Below, piece after piece: positions 40,101 through 51,593 of a stretch of DNA of 59,597 nucleotides. The DNA is from Octopus bimaculoides. Its lineage: Eukaryota. The stretch's first letter is position 1, and each line of letters starts with the position of its first letter. Location of the stretch: NCBI RefSeq assembly GCF_001194135.2, contig NC_068999.1:11030705-11090301 (forward strand), written 5' to 3'. The translations under genes were made by a program, and so were the position numbers. A model generated the notes under the pieces. It saw nothing but the letters and a program-made list of their open reading frames with translations, had not been told where the DNA came from and ran no database searches.

Positions 40101-41989
40101 GCCTGTCTACCAATGTGCTTCTCTGTCACTCTATCTGTCTGTCTCTCTAAATGTATAGCCATATACAACTATATGTTTCTATGTCATGCCTGAGTGTGTA
40201 TGAGTGTTCATGCACGAATAAGGAATATATACAACAATTTAATTGCGACATATTTCGACGTAATTAAAAGATGGATTTCAAGTAACACTTACATAATCAA
40301 TAATCAGCTGTATAGTTTAAAAAAACACATACGCAAATCTACGACTATCCACATGAGTGTGCACGTATCTGTATATATGAGTGTACGTCAAAGCATATGG
40401 GCATATATAGGATATTGATTTTCAATGGCGCCTAACTTAATCCATGCGCATATTACGTAAATATTAAATTAAAATGTCCGATAAAATCTGTGTTACAAGC
40501 TTTAAACATACATCTTCACTTATATCTTCTAGATAATTTTCTATGTAGATGAAAATATGTTTGAGGCCGATACGGCTAAGCTTCTTAGTGATTTCTTTTG
40601 ATCTCAGTAATGATCATCTTATAAATTATATATTATATTACTTTTAGTACGGTTTATGCTTATGAACACACACATACACGCACAAATAGGTAAGTAGAAA
40701 TTTGCAAGAATATACACAGAGACACACGTGTGTGTTTGTACGTATTGATGTTACGCTTTATCAAACTTGTTTTCGCCTGACACATATTCACCAGTATATA
40801 TAATCATATATCTGTGTCTCTCTCTCTCTCTCTCATATATATANNNNNNNNNNNNNNNNNNNNNNNNNNNNNNNNNNNNNNNNNNNNNNNNNNNNNNNNN
40901 NNNNNNNNNNNNNNNNNNNNNNNNNNNNNNNNNNNNNNNNNNNNNNNNNNNNNNNNNNNNNNNNNNNNNNNNNNNNNNNNNNNNNNNNNNNNNNNNNNNN
41001 NNNNNNNNNNNNNNNNNNNNNNNNNNNNNNNNNNNNNNNNNNNNNNNNNNNNNNNNNNNNNNNNNNNNNNNNNNNNNNNNNNNNNNNNNNNNNNNNNNNN
41101 NNNNNNNNNNNNNNNNNNNNNNNNNNNNNNNNNNNNNNNNNNNNNNNNNNNNNNNNNNNNNNNNNNNNNNNNNNNNNNNNNNNNNNNNNNNNNNNNNNNN
41201 NNNNNNNNNNNNNNNNNNNNNNNNNNNNNNNNNNNNNNNNNNNNNNNNNNNNNNNNNNNNNNNNNNNNNNNNNNNNNNNNNNNNNNNNNNNNNNNNNNNN
41301 NNNNNNNNNNNNNNNNNNNNNNNNNNNNNNNNNNNNNNNNNNNNNNNNNNNNNNNNNNNNNNNNNNNNNNNNNNNNNNNNNNNNNNNNNNNNNNNNNNNN
41401 NNNNNNNNNNNNNNNNNNNNNNNNNNNNNNNNNNNNNNNNNNNNNNNNNNNNNNNNNNNNNNNNNNNNNNNNNNNNNNNNNNNNNNNNNNNNNNNNNNNN
41501 NNNNNNNNNNNNNNNNNNNNNNNNNNNNNNNNNNNNNNNNNNNNNNNNNNNNNNNNNNNNNNNNNNNNNNNNNNNNNNNNNNNNNNNNNNNNNNNNNNNN
41601 NNNNNNNNNNNNNNNNNNNNNNNNNNNNNNNNNNNNNNNNNNNNNNNNNNNNNNNNNNNNNNNNNNNNNNNNNNNNNNNNNNNNNNNNNATATATATATA
41701 TATATGTATACATAATCATATATATATATATGTATATATAAATATACATACACACATAGACATACATAAAATCATATATTGATTGAAGGCGATCTACGGA
41801 TTGATTGAAAGACGATACATTTATTAAAACTTCTTATGTTGCACAAATTCGGATCAAGTAGTACAACATAATTAAATATGCAATATATATATATATATAT
41901 AGGGAGAGAGAGAGAGAGAGAGAGTGAGAGAGAGAGAGAGAAATAAAGAGAGAGAGAGAGAGAGAGGGGGGGAGGCGAGAGAGAGAGAA

Positions 41990-42289
41990 AGTAAAGCTTA
42001 TTTGCCAATTTAAAGTGGCAGTCCCGATTAGGTCCAATGTAGCTGTCATTTAGTCCCAGGTAAACATCGTCTCCAGCTGGTTCTCGAAAAAACTAATTGC
42101 AGCCTTATATTTTCGAACAAGGGGTAAAGTGTCCCCACTGGGCTCAAAGCTAGAGAAACTATCTCCCTTGTTCGAAAATATAAGGACGCAGTTATTATCC
42201 AGCTGGAGGCGATGTTTTCCTGGGGCCAAATAACAGCTACATTTGTCCTAATCAGGACTGCCACTTTATGTCGGCAAATAAGCTTTACT
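41990..42289. mobile_element. 300-bp foldback/MITE-like element made almost entirely of inverted repeat
   Basis: Arm 41990-42123 is the reverse complement of arm 42165-42289 (agtaaagcttatttgcc...ccagctgg and ccttatattttcgaacaaggg), with scattered substitutions and one indel; 41-nt spacer. Confidence 0.8.
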
Positions 42290-42849
42290 CTATCGCACTG
42301 TTGCTACATGTTTCCCGTTCAGAGATTTAGACCTACAAATTTCTGTATTCCTATATATATATAGTAACATATGTTTGCCAACTAAGTGTGGCACTCTATA
42401 CAAAACAGTGCCACTGATGTTTATCACCCCAGCTGGCTAACGACACACATTCTGGGCCCAATTAGTATTTGCGATGGGAGATCATCGTTCACATCTCTAG
42501 CTTATCGCCTACATTAATAATTCATTGAATTAACGATTAGTTAATGGAATATACCACTAACTCATGTCCATTAAAATAACTTTAGGCTGTTCATTTGAAA
42601 TACTTTGAAAATCCCCCAAAGTCCTCTCTACACTTACTACTTAATACATAAACTTCGGGATTTGCAGACAGCAGGACCCAGGTTCACAAAAAAACAAGTA
42701 ATTATATTTTTACGTATGCATTTCAATTTGTATTTACAGAAAAATCCTGGGAGAAAAAGCAGAACAGGGCTACAAAAAAAACATGTTTAGATAAAGAAAA
42801 ACATTTTTTTAACGGTTTGACGGCGGTGATAATGCGGCTCAAACAAAAT

Positions 42850-43270
42850 ATATATACTCCGATGCTATAAAAATTCTGCAAACCCTATGTTTGTCACATG
42901 TAGTAACAACGACCATCTCGTCATACGTTTATTGAAATACTATTGGTTCAGACTTTCCCGAGATGGCCGATAAAATGTCAATATTAACGAATGTTATGGG
43001 AGACCCACAACCAACAGAACTGAAGAAAACATCGCAGATGTGCGTGCAGCTGTGAGGGGAAATCGTCAAATCATCATCCGTGAGTTGTGAGGATGTGCAG
43101 ATTAGTTACGGCTCAGTTCAGTTCATTATCACTGTAAATTTGGGTATGAGACCCGTGTCTGTCAAGTTTGTCCCCGAAATGCCTTCAGCTAACCAAAAAG
43201 CCACTCGGATTTGAGGTGCAGAAGGTTTACGTGATTGTGTCGAGAAAATGAAATCTCTTTGAAAACTGCT
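42850..43270 (+). pseudogene. Mariner transposase relic (HTH and linker region)
   Basis: From 42944: WFRLSRDGR*NVNINECYGRPTTNRTEENIADVRAAVRGNRQIIIREL, frameshift, EDVQISYGSVQFIITVNLGMRPVSVKFVPEMPSANQKATR. The GRP motif and WVP-like KFVP linker are mariner-typical. Confidence 0.85.
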
Positions 43271-43562
43271 TAGACCTCTGAGCAGGAATCGCCAAGCTCT
43301 AGGTAAAATTTGATGCAGATTCTCTGCGCAACTTTCTCTGTTATGGTTAATGCGACGACCACACACAGGTTCCTTCCAAGTACTGCTGTAAACAATGGGA
43401 TTGAATTAGAACGGTAAAACTTAAAGCGCATGCACAGCAAAGTTCAAGGTTAATGTGTGACAGGCGGCTTCAGTCTACATAATTTAGCTTTGTTACTATG
43501 GCAAAGGTCCGGATACTTATTGATCAGATCACGTACACACACGCATGCACGCGCACATACAT

Positions 43563-43640
43563 CTTTCAATCATTTCACTGCGACCATGCTGAGCACCGCC
43601 TTTAGTCGAAGAAATCGACCTCAGTACTTATTCTTTGTAA
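43563..43640 (-). mobile_element. SINE A tail fragment, cut by the Penelope-like insertion
   Basis: gaccatgctgagcaccgcctttagtcgaagaaatcgacc..agtacttattctttgtaa matches the reverse complement of the A 3' half. Confidence 0.75.
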
Positions 43641-43721
43641 TACAGTTCTATATTTAAGAGATGAGGAATTATTTACATTATCTACATTTGACGGATATTC
43701 GTCCTCATCTTGTTTGTTGTT

Positions 43722-43767
43722 AACACAACGTTTCGGCTGATATACCCTCCAGCCTTCGTCAGGTGTC
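43722..43767 (-). ncRNA. Minimal type I hammerhead ribozyme
   Basis: Minus strand: GACAC (stem I) CUGACGA A GGCUG-loop-CAGCC (stem II) GAAA CG UU GUGUU (stem I'). Stem III is reduced to the palindrome AACGUU; NUH = GUU, predicted cut between 43727 and 43726. Confidence 0.8.
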
Positions 43768-43843
43768 TTGGGGAAATTTCGAACCTGGGTTCTCATTCCT
43801 ATCGATGTTACTATTATTATTATTATTATATTATTATTATTAA

Positions 43844-43905
43844 TCAGGTCGCTGCCGTGAATCGAACTCGGAACCTTGGGGCCCGCGCTCTTAACCACTA
43901 CGCCA
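43844..43905 (-). promoter_or_regulatory. tRNA-like Pol III internal promoter inside the Penelope terminal segment
   Basis: A box TGGCGTAGTGG (43905-43895) and B box GAGTTCGATTC (43869-43859). Confidence 0.65.
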
Positions 43906-44353
43906 AAAGATACAAAAGATATGCGGCCCATATGACATCAGGGCAGTATTCAAGAGCAATACAACACTTCGCAAATATCTCCTTCGGGTAAAACCACCAA
44001 CAGAAGAGAATATGACCAAAAACTGCGTGTACTCCATCCCATGCAGCTGTGGTAGGTTATACAAAGGCGAAACATGACGCCCCCTCAAAATAAGGGTAGA
44101 AGAACATCGCAAAGCTGTGACACGAGGAGATATCGATAAATCGGGTATGGCTGATCATGTATGGAAAAATGGAAACCACATCCCCCTGTGGGATGAAGTT
44201 AAAATAATAGACAGGGAACAACACTGGAAAATACGAAAACTAAAAGAAGCAGCACATATGCTAGGACACAACAACCTCCTAAGCAGACCGAGTGCAGATA
44301 TGAATAGCATATGGGAACCGGTATTGAGGAAGGATAGAAAAATACATAAATAG
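43904..44353 (+). pseudogene. GIY-YIG endonuclease domain of a Penelope-like element, one in-frame stop
   Basis: QKIQKICGPYDIRAVFKSNTTLRKYLLRVKPPTEENMTKNCVYSIPCSCGRLYKGET*RPLKIRVEEHRKAVTRGDIDKSGMADHVWKNGNH...KLKEAAHM; TGA at 44075-44077. VYSIPC..C...YxGET.R.L..R..EH is the PLE-type GIY-YIG signature. Confidence 0.9.
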
Positions 44354-45330
44354 ATAACTAGCTAGATAGATAGATAGAAACACATACGTATATATTCACT
44401 TATATCTCCGCTGTGTTTTCTGATTTTTTTCTTACAAAAGCACTTACCAATATGAAATAAATCTATGCACATACATATATACATACATGCATACATACAT
44501 ACGTACATACGTACACTGGCATCTACTTATATATGTGTATGTGTCTGTGTGTACCTACAATTATGCTTGTATATATAAATATGTATGTGTGTGTGGGTGC
44601 GTGCTTATATGTGTGCATGTTTCTTTGTGTGTGTGTGCGTGTGTGTGTGTGCGTGTATGTGTGTGTGTGTGTGTGTGTGTTTTGTGTGTGTGTGTGTGTA
44701 CAAACAAATACAAGCAACATGTAAAACAAAAACAAAGACGACAAACGCCATAATGTAATCTTATGCACTGGTGTAAATTCGAGAGCTGGCGTCAGTCTGC
44801 TGCTTGATCCCACGCGAAACTCAACAATGAAAGTTAGGTGACTCCAATGATGGTGACAATCTAGCCAAGCGGGAAAAAATGTGACGGCAAGGGATGGTCA
44901 ATGGTGAACACTTTATTTCTTTTGCATATATTTTATTTATTGTTTGTCAAATATTTTTTTTTATATATACTCATGATATTTATTGTTACCTTTTCTGTTA
45001 TTTGTGTCATGACGGATTTTTACGTCCGTTATTGTATATGGTTATACATACGTAAGAAGTCACACGTACAGGACACGCTCGCATTCAAGCACGCATTTCT
45101 GTCCACGTACACGCACGCTCAAAAACACACATATACATATATGCACATATAATATATAATATATATACATATATATATATGTGTGTGTGTATATATATAT
45201 AAACACACTTTACACACGCTTTATTTAATATGTGACATTAATAAAAATCTGTAAATGTACAAACATCCAGATTTCTGAGTACCTTAATTTTTTTCTATAT
45301 AATTTCTGTACATCACCTCCAAAACTTCAA

Positions 45331-45379
<49 letters not shown>

Positions 45380-47010
45380 NNNNNNNNNNNNNNNNNNNNN
45401 NNNNNNNNNNNNNNNNNNNNNNNNNNNNNNNNNNNNNNNNNNNNNNNNNNNNNNNNNNNNNNNNNNNNNNNNNNNNNNNNNNNNNNNNNNNNNNNNNNNN
45501 NNNNNNNNNNNNNNNNNNNNNNNNNNNNNNNNNNNNNNNNNNNNNNNNNNNNNNNNNNNNNNNNNNNNNNNNNNNNNNNNNNNNNNNNNNNNNNNNNNNN
45601 NNNNNNNNNNNNNNNNNNNNNNNNNNNNNNNNNNNNNNNNNNNNNNNNNNNNNNNNNNNNNNNNNNNNNNNNNNNNNNNNNNNNNNNNNNNNNNNNNNNN
45701 NNNNNNNNNNNNNNNNNNNNNNNNNNNNNNNNNNNNNNNNNNNNNNNNNNNNNNNNNNNNNNNNNNNNNNNNNNNNNNNNNNNNNNNNNNNNNNNNATAT
45801 ATATACATATATATATATGTGTGTGTGTGTGGATGTATGTATATATATAGCTAACGATTTTATTGCCGGTATGTCAACATGTATTTCTAATCGGTATATC
45901 CTTAGTACCTCTGGAGAGTTTCATGTTATAACGATTTTTATTTTATAAATTAATTGTCTAAAGATTTCTGAATTGAAACTACTTTTAGTGGCCCGCGTAT
46001 GTTTTGTCAAAAATCATGAGAAGTGTTCAAACACAATATTTCGAAATCGTACAAATATTCTAAGCCTTAGAATATTTTTAAACAAATCATTCGTAAGGTT
46101 GAATACGGCGTTAGGACTCACAATGGAATAAATGTTAGTTGCAAGATTGTAATTTGCGGAAAAAAATCAAAATAATCACTGCTAAAAGTTTTTGAATGTT
46201 AATAAGCTTCTGTGCTAAGAATTTCGATTAAAAACAATGCGGTTTTTCTTTCCGAAATCTTGAAATGAACGGGAAACACAAGAAGACTGTAAGTTCAATT
46301 CCATTTATATATATAAACAGGTATACATAAATGAATATATTTATATAAACCCATATATATGTTTGTGCATATGTACGTAAATAAATAGATCTCTCTGTGT
46401 TAACAGAACACCCAATTCCAATATATAAGGATATAAAGGTGACAATTGTGACAATAAAACTATTATCGCGTAAAATAACAATGCTGGTTATTCGTAGCCC
46501 TTATATAACAACAGGATTTTACAGTGTATAAGACTGTCACAGTTTTATGTTTACCCTATTACTTAGTGACGTGAATACAACATTAAGGATGTCTTTTTGT
46601 ATGTGTGGTGTGTATGTAAAAACGTACTTTTTAGTCAGACTTTTACATAAGCGAGTATAAATATGTGCGTGTGTTTGAGCTTGCGTATTTAATGTATGTT
46701 TGAGGAAAGTTTTGTCTTACATAATTTATACAAAACCAAGAGCAAGCACTTGCCTCTCAATAAAATTTTCGCCGTAGTAGATTGCAGGAATTGACTTTAT
46801 CGTTAGAATATTCCAAAGAATTATCAATTGTGCATTCGAATTTAGTATATATATTTGCAATATGCTACTTCTTTAGTGGTCAACTTTGATCCAGGGAAGG
46901 GGTACTTTGAGTATTCGTGAACTCACGTAATTTAATAAATTTATCACAAATATTTGCGTCATTAGATCATTAGATCTGCATAACTTTTCAATATACTTAA
47001 TTTGTAATTA

Positions 47011-47207
47011 CGAGAGGGTGCTGAAAATTCTTGGCTTTGTGTAAAAGAAAATACAAGAGGATCAGTTAATTATGACTTTATTTAAGATATTCTCCTTTCA
47101 GATTCACACAATAATTGCAACAGTTAGTGGTTCAACTCGGAAGGTTGGACGTCCAACCAGGCCATCCGTGAGACTCTTAATGTCAAGAACTTTTCAGCAC
47201 TCCCCCG
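47011..47207. mobile_element. Mariner-derived MITE (197 bp)
   Basis: TIRs cgagagggtgctgaaaattcttggc and gtcaagaacttttcagcactcccccg; TA on both sides (47009-10, 47208-09). Confidence 0.85.
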
Positions 47208-47461
47208 TAAAAGGATGATATTTCAGCAGGTCGAACGCTCATGCTATTCATCGATGTTCCTAATTAGGGATTGCAGATATTCAATTATAAGTGATCTAGA
47301 CAATCAGTTCGAAATTTTTACGGCAAAGAAACTGAATAATTATATTGTTTTTGAGATAAAAATTCTGTTGTGGAAAATTTGGACAAACTATTTAATTAAT
47401 GATCTACCGTGCAGGTAGACCAGTGANNNNNNNNNNGTGACAATAACTGACGGTATGCCAC

Positions 47462-47494
<33 letters not shown>

Positions 47495-47646
47495 TTATGA
47501 GAGGTAACGGTGTCAAGAAGACCCAAAGGTGTCAATTAATGGTAAGTGCCATGGACAGAATATAGTTAAGCTCCAGATTCGGTGATTATGCGAATGAGGT
47601 GTCCAACGTAAGTCACAATTCAGTTTGTGTATATATAAAAAAATTA

Positions 47647-48022
47647 ACAGAATAAGATAAAAATTGAAGGCTCTGAAATATTTCAGAACATTTATAATTA
47701 GTAGGTCTTACAGCTGTTTCTGGGATATTTTATATATCCCTTCATCGGAGACGGTATGAGAAAAAGGTTAAGCAATAGTTATCTAGATAAGATATGAAAT
47801 AGAGAGTGAATTGGCGTGAGATATGCAGGGATATTGTATCTTCAGTTATATTATTTAGGCAGAATGGCATACATATAAGATTTCTGTACCTTGTGATTAA
47901 GTTCTGATAATATTTAATATACTATTAAAGTGTATAGAAAATATCCGGGAAACAGCTGTAAGACCTTCAATTTATAAATGTTCTGAAATCTTTCATATCC
48001 TTGGATTGTTATCTCATTCTGT
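47647..48022. mobile_element. Inverted-repeat element carrying a hammerhead-like motif, probably Penelope-derived and non-autonomous
   Basis: About 90-bp imperfect inverted repeats at 47647-47735 and 47933-48022; TA-rich flanks. Confidence 0.7.
47705..47752 (-). ncRNA. Hammerhead ribozyme-like motif (U4C core variant)
   Basis: Minus strand: GUCU CCGAUGA A GGGAUAU-AUAAA-AUAUCCC A GAAA CAGCUG UA AGAC. Palindromic stem III ACAGCUGU; NUH = GUA. Confidence 0.6.
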
Positions 48023-48799
48023 CTATATATATATATATATATATATAAATTTACATTACTCCGAGCGATTAACTCTATACGTTTGTAAGGTCCAACATTT
48101 TTCTTAAATAAGAATACTGTTAATAATGGTTTCTAAGTTTCGGACACTTAAGCAATTGTCGGACTGCTGACGATGTTTTTCACTGGTATCAGATCAATGT
48201 AAAATTACTATTATTATAACTAAACCTAAAAATAAATATTAACATGTATATGTGAGTGTATAAATATGTGTGTGTGTGTGTGTGTGTGTGCTTTGTTGTA
48301 ACACCGTTAGTAATATCTTAACCGTGGAAGAACTAAATAAGAGAATATTAGGAAGTTAAGGAGATAACATCACGGGTTCCACAAGCTAATTTCACCGAAT
48401 ATCCTCCGAATAAATAGAATGTTTGGCCCAAAGATTTTAGTTTTAATATTGAACGTTTCACGATGTTCAACTGACAATTAACCGTAAAATAGAGATGTTG
48501 CTGGCAAATAACGACAAAGCGTTACGGAAATAAATAATATAAATAAATACATAAATAAATAAATCATTAAATAAATAAATGAATGTTTCGTACGTGCATC
48601 TATCGTAGCGTGTCAAAAATACATGACAGCGCATTCACCTCAAGACAGCATACCTAAATATGCTTGTCAGATGCGTGTATGTCACATAGTTTGAAAGCAT
48701 TCATAAGTAACTAATTATAGATTTTGATTCGATTCTATTTTGCCAACACTATGACGGACAATGAAAAGGGCGTTGCATGATAGAAACGGGAGTACTCCT

Positions 48800-49035
48800 G
48801 ACAACTTGCCTTGTGGATATTCCGTTATGTTCAATTACGTTCTGAGTTCAAATTCTGCCGAGGTCATCGACTTTCAATTTTCTAGCTGCCCTGCGGCTGA
48901 TAAATGAAACCCTGTTATTTTATTTATTCATTTCTTTTTATAAGAAGCGTTGTTTATTCGTAAGTTTGTTGCACTCATAATCGCTTGATCGTAGTTTCGA
49001 TTCCCAGACCGTTTGGTGCGTTGTGTTTTCAGCAA
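48800..49035 (+). mobile_element. Decayed SINE B fragment and decayed SINE C/D head
   Basis: tacgttctgagttcaaattctgccgaggtc; gatcgtagtttcgattcccagaccg...gcgttgtgttttcagcaaaa. Confidence 0.55.
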
Positions 49036-51041
49036 AAGCCTTTATCCCCCCCACACACGTTTCTTCCATCCAATCAGATGAATATAATTATCTTTGTTTT
49101 GTTTTTTTTCCAACTGCTACAACTACTTTCTTAATCAGAGTTGACCTCACAACGATGTATTCTCAGCCGCTTTTGGCGATGAGCATTAAGTAGTTCGCCT
49201 AAATGTGTTTGTAGCCATGAGATTAAATTCGAGTAGTTGAATACTGCAGCTCACCTTCACCATTATTGAAATTCTCAGTTCTAATATGCATGTATTTAAA
49301 TTACTTAGACACAATTTAGAGAGAGAGAAACAGAGATGTAGAGTAAGCGAAAGATGAACAGATGTTGACATCAGTACTGGAATGATATCCAGGTAATGCA
49401 AAGGAAACATTAAAAACGACGTATGAGATACAAACACTAAAAAAGCGGAAATCCGGAATGATTACTGTTGGACCTACTGTCTGACGCTCACCGGAACAAA
49501 TAAGTTTTCGCTTTCCCACAAATTCTATGCTGCTAGATTACATTTCATCTCTAGAATAATCTGGTTTAAACGCAATGTACGAGTGATTTAACAAATATGC
49601 ATGCTAAAATTCTTCTGTTATGCCTTAAGGTACGGGGTTGTTGTTCTTTATGTTCTTGTATTTAGCTCTAATTCTACCCTGAATTAATAAGACAAATTGG
49701 AAAGCATCTCAGCTATTCTCTTCCTAGTTGCATCATACGTACCTCAATCTATGCCGTGAAATGCAGAATAAGATACAGTTTTCAACATTCGTAAAATAGT
49801 GAGTAGAAATTATTCAAATATTAAATAATCAGTTTGCTACGAAGAAGTGGGGGATAGTTTAACGTTCAGAGTGGGGCCTTTCATCAGTGAACTGTAAATC
49901 TAACTGCTACATAAAGTAATACTTTAGCACAAATATTCATGAATGATTCAGTATAATAACGTACATTTTCTATAATCTGACAATATATTACACTCATTCA
50001 GTAAATGCTTTTGAAACCGAATATGAATCGTCAGCACTGTGGCTTTTTTTAGAGAATCTAATAAAACGACTTGTATTATCAACAATAAATACGGTGTTGT
50101 GCAGAATTTAAAGCCTATTCTCAAGAGAACAATTCATGTGTAGAATATATTCAAAATATTACAATCGCACTTTTGTAACAACTTTCTCAGGAAATTAAAG
50201 AAAAGCTCTTAAATCACCGTTATTATAATATATTAATTTACTTATAAATTATTCAAATAGTCTTTTGCATAATCACATTATGAATGCAGAACCTGTGAAA
50301 AATATTTTGTGGTAATTAAGTCGTTTTCTCTCTCTCTCTATGATTCTAAAATCTACCCGCGCTGCCAAATTTCCCTTTGATGATTTGAATCGAAATGCCT
50401 TAAAGGAAACATTAGAAAAGTAACAGATGTTGATTTGACGTAAGGGAGAAGTTACCAGTGATGTCGTTAGGAAAATACGTTCGGAAAAGAAAATCTGTCG
50501 GCTTTCTGATGAAGCACCGATGCATAAAACGTATAATATCCCTGTTTCTTCACGACTGTGGTCATTTAAATCGGTTCTCAATTGGGGTCCATATAAGATA
50601 TTGCTGTTGGTGCTAATGTGCAATAAATTGGTTATATTTCAGCAATACATAGAATATCTTTTTAATTACAACTATCAATAATAATTAATTATAACAATAC
50701 AATAGAATTTTTTAAAACATAGAATATCTATGTGGGATACATAGGCAAAAATTAGTTGGGAACCTCTGATTTAAATATTGTTTAATAATGGGACCGTTCA
50801 ATAGTTTACCTAGATACGTTTTGTCGTTGTCCTAGAAGTTTTCTAGCCTTAGGTCATGATCTACTACACAGCAGCCATAGCTATCCCTTCTTAAACACAC
50901 GAGTTAACAAGTCTACGATGTGGGAACATTCTTTGGGTTTTGTTTAAGCTTTTGAGTAAAAACGTTACAGTGCCGATTCTAACGTATTTGGTAGTTTTCT
51001 TCCTGAAAAATTATATCTGCTAATGTATATCGTTTTGAAAT

Positions 51042-51243
51042 GTTTAGCACAAACCCAGCATTTTCGAGGTAGTGGGTAAGTCAATTACATCATCCCTAGT
51101 GCTCAAATGGTACTTATCGCAACCGCAAAGAAGTACGACGAAGTTAAACTTGGCGGAATTACAACCCAGAACATTAAAAAATGGACGAAATGACGCTAAG
51201 CATTTTTCCCGGCGTGTTAACGATTCTGCCAGCACTCCACCGT
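51042..51243 (-). mobile_element. SINE family B, diverged
   Basis: gctaagcatttttcccggcgtgttaacgattctgccagc; ggtacttatcg; cttggcggaatt. Confidence 0.75.
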
Positions 51244-51553
51244 ACGCTGCTGTTATTTATTGCAATATGATATTCCTTATTTCTAATGGCAGTCTGAGAT
51301 TTGACTGAAGGATATTTACCTGCTACTTTTAGCAGTTCGAGCAAAGTGTGCAGGGTCTCCACTTCTCTGGCATTAAATTCTGCATTGAGACCAGGATGGT
51401 GTTATGTGACCTACTTGACTATTTTAAATAAGTTAGTGCTATTAGTGACGAGAAATTTCATTTCGGTATTCAGATGTGGGTGGCGGTTTCGATTCACAGG
51501 GAAGAAAGATCCTTAACTATCAGTGGTAAATGTTCTTTAATTTTCAAACTTTC

Positions 51554-51593
<40 letters not shown>

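Larger units (their letters stand above)
43641..44353 (+). mobile_element. Penelope-like retroelement, 5'-truncated, with inverted upstream terminal segment (43641-43905)
   Basis: GIY-YIG ORF relic on plus; hammerhead-bearing segment on minus; junction at about 43905. Confidence 0.88.

Noticed and set aside
50500-50540. ctgatgaagcaccgatgcataaaacgt, resembling a hammerhead core
   Set aside because: GAAA replaced by AAAA and stem I cannot form.
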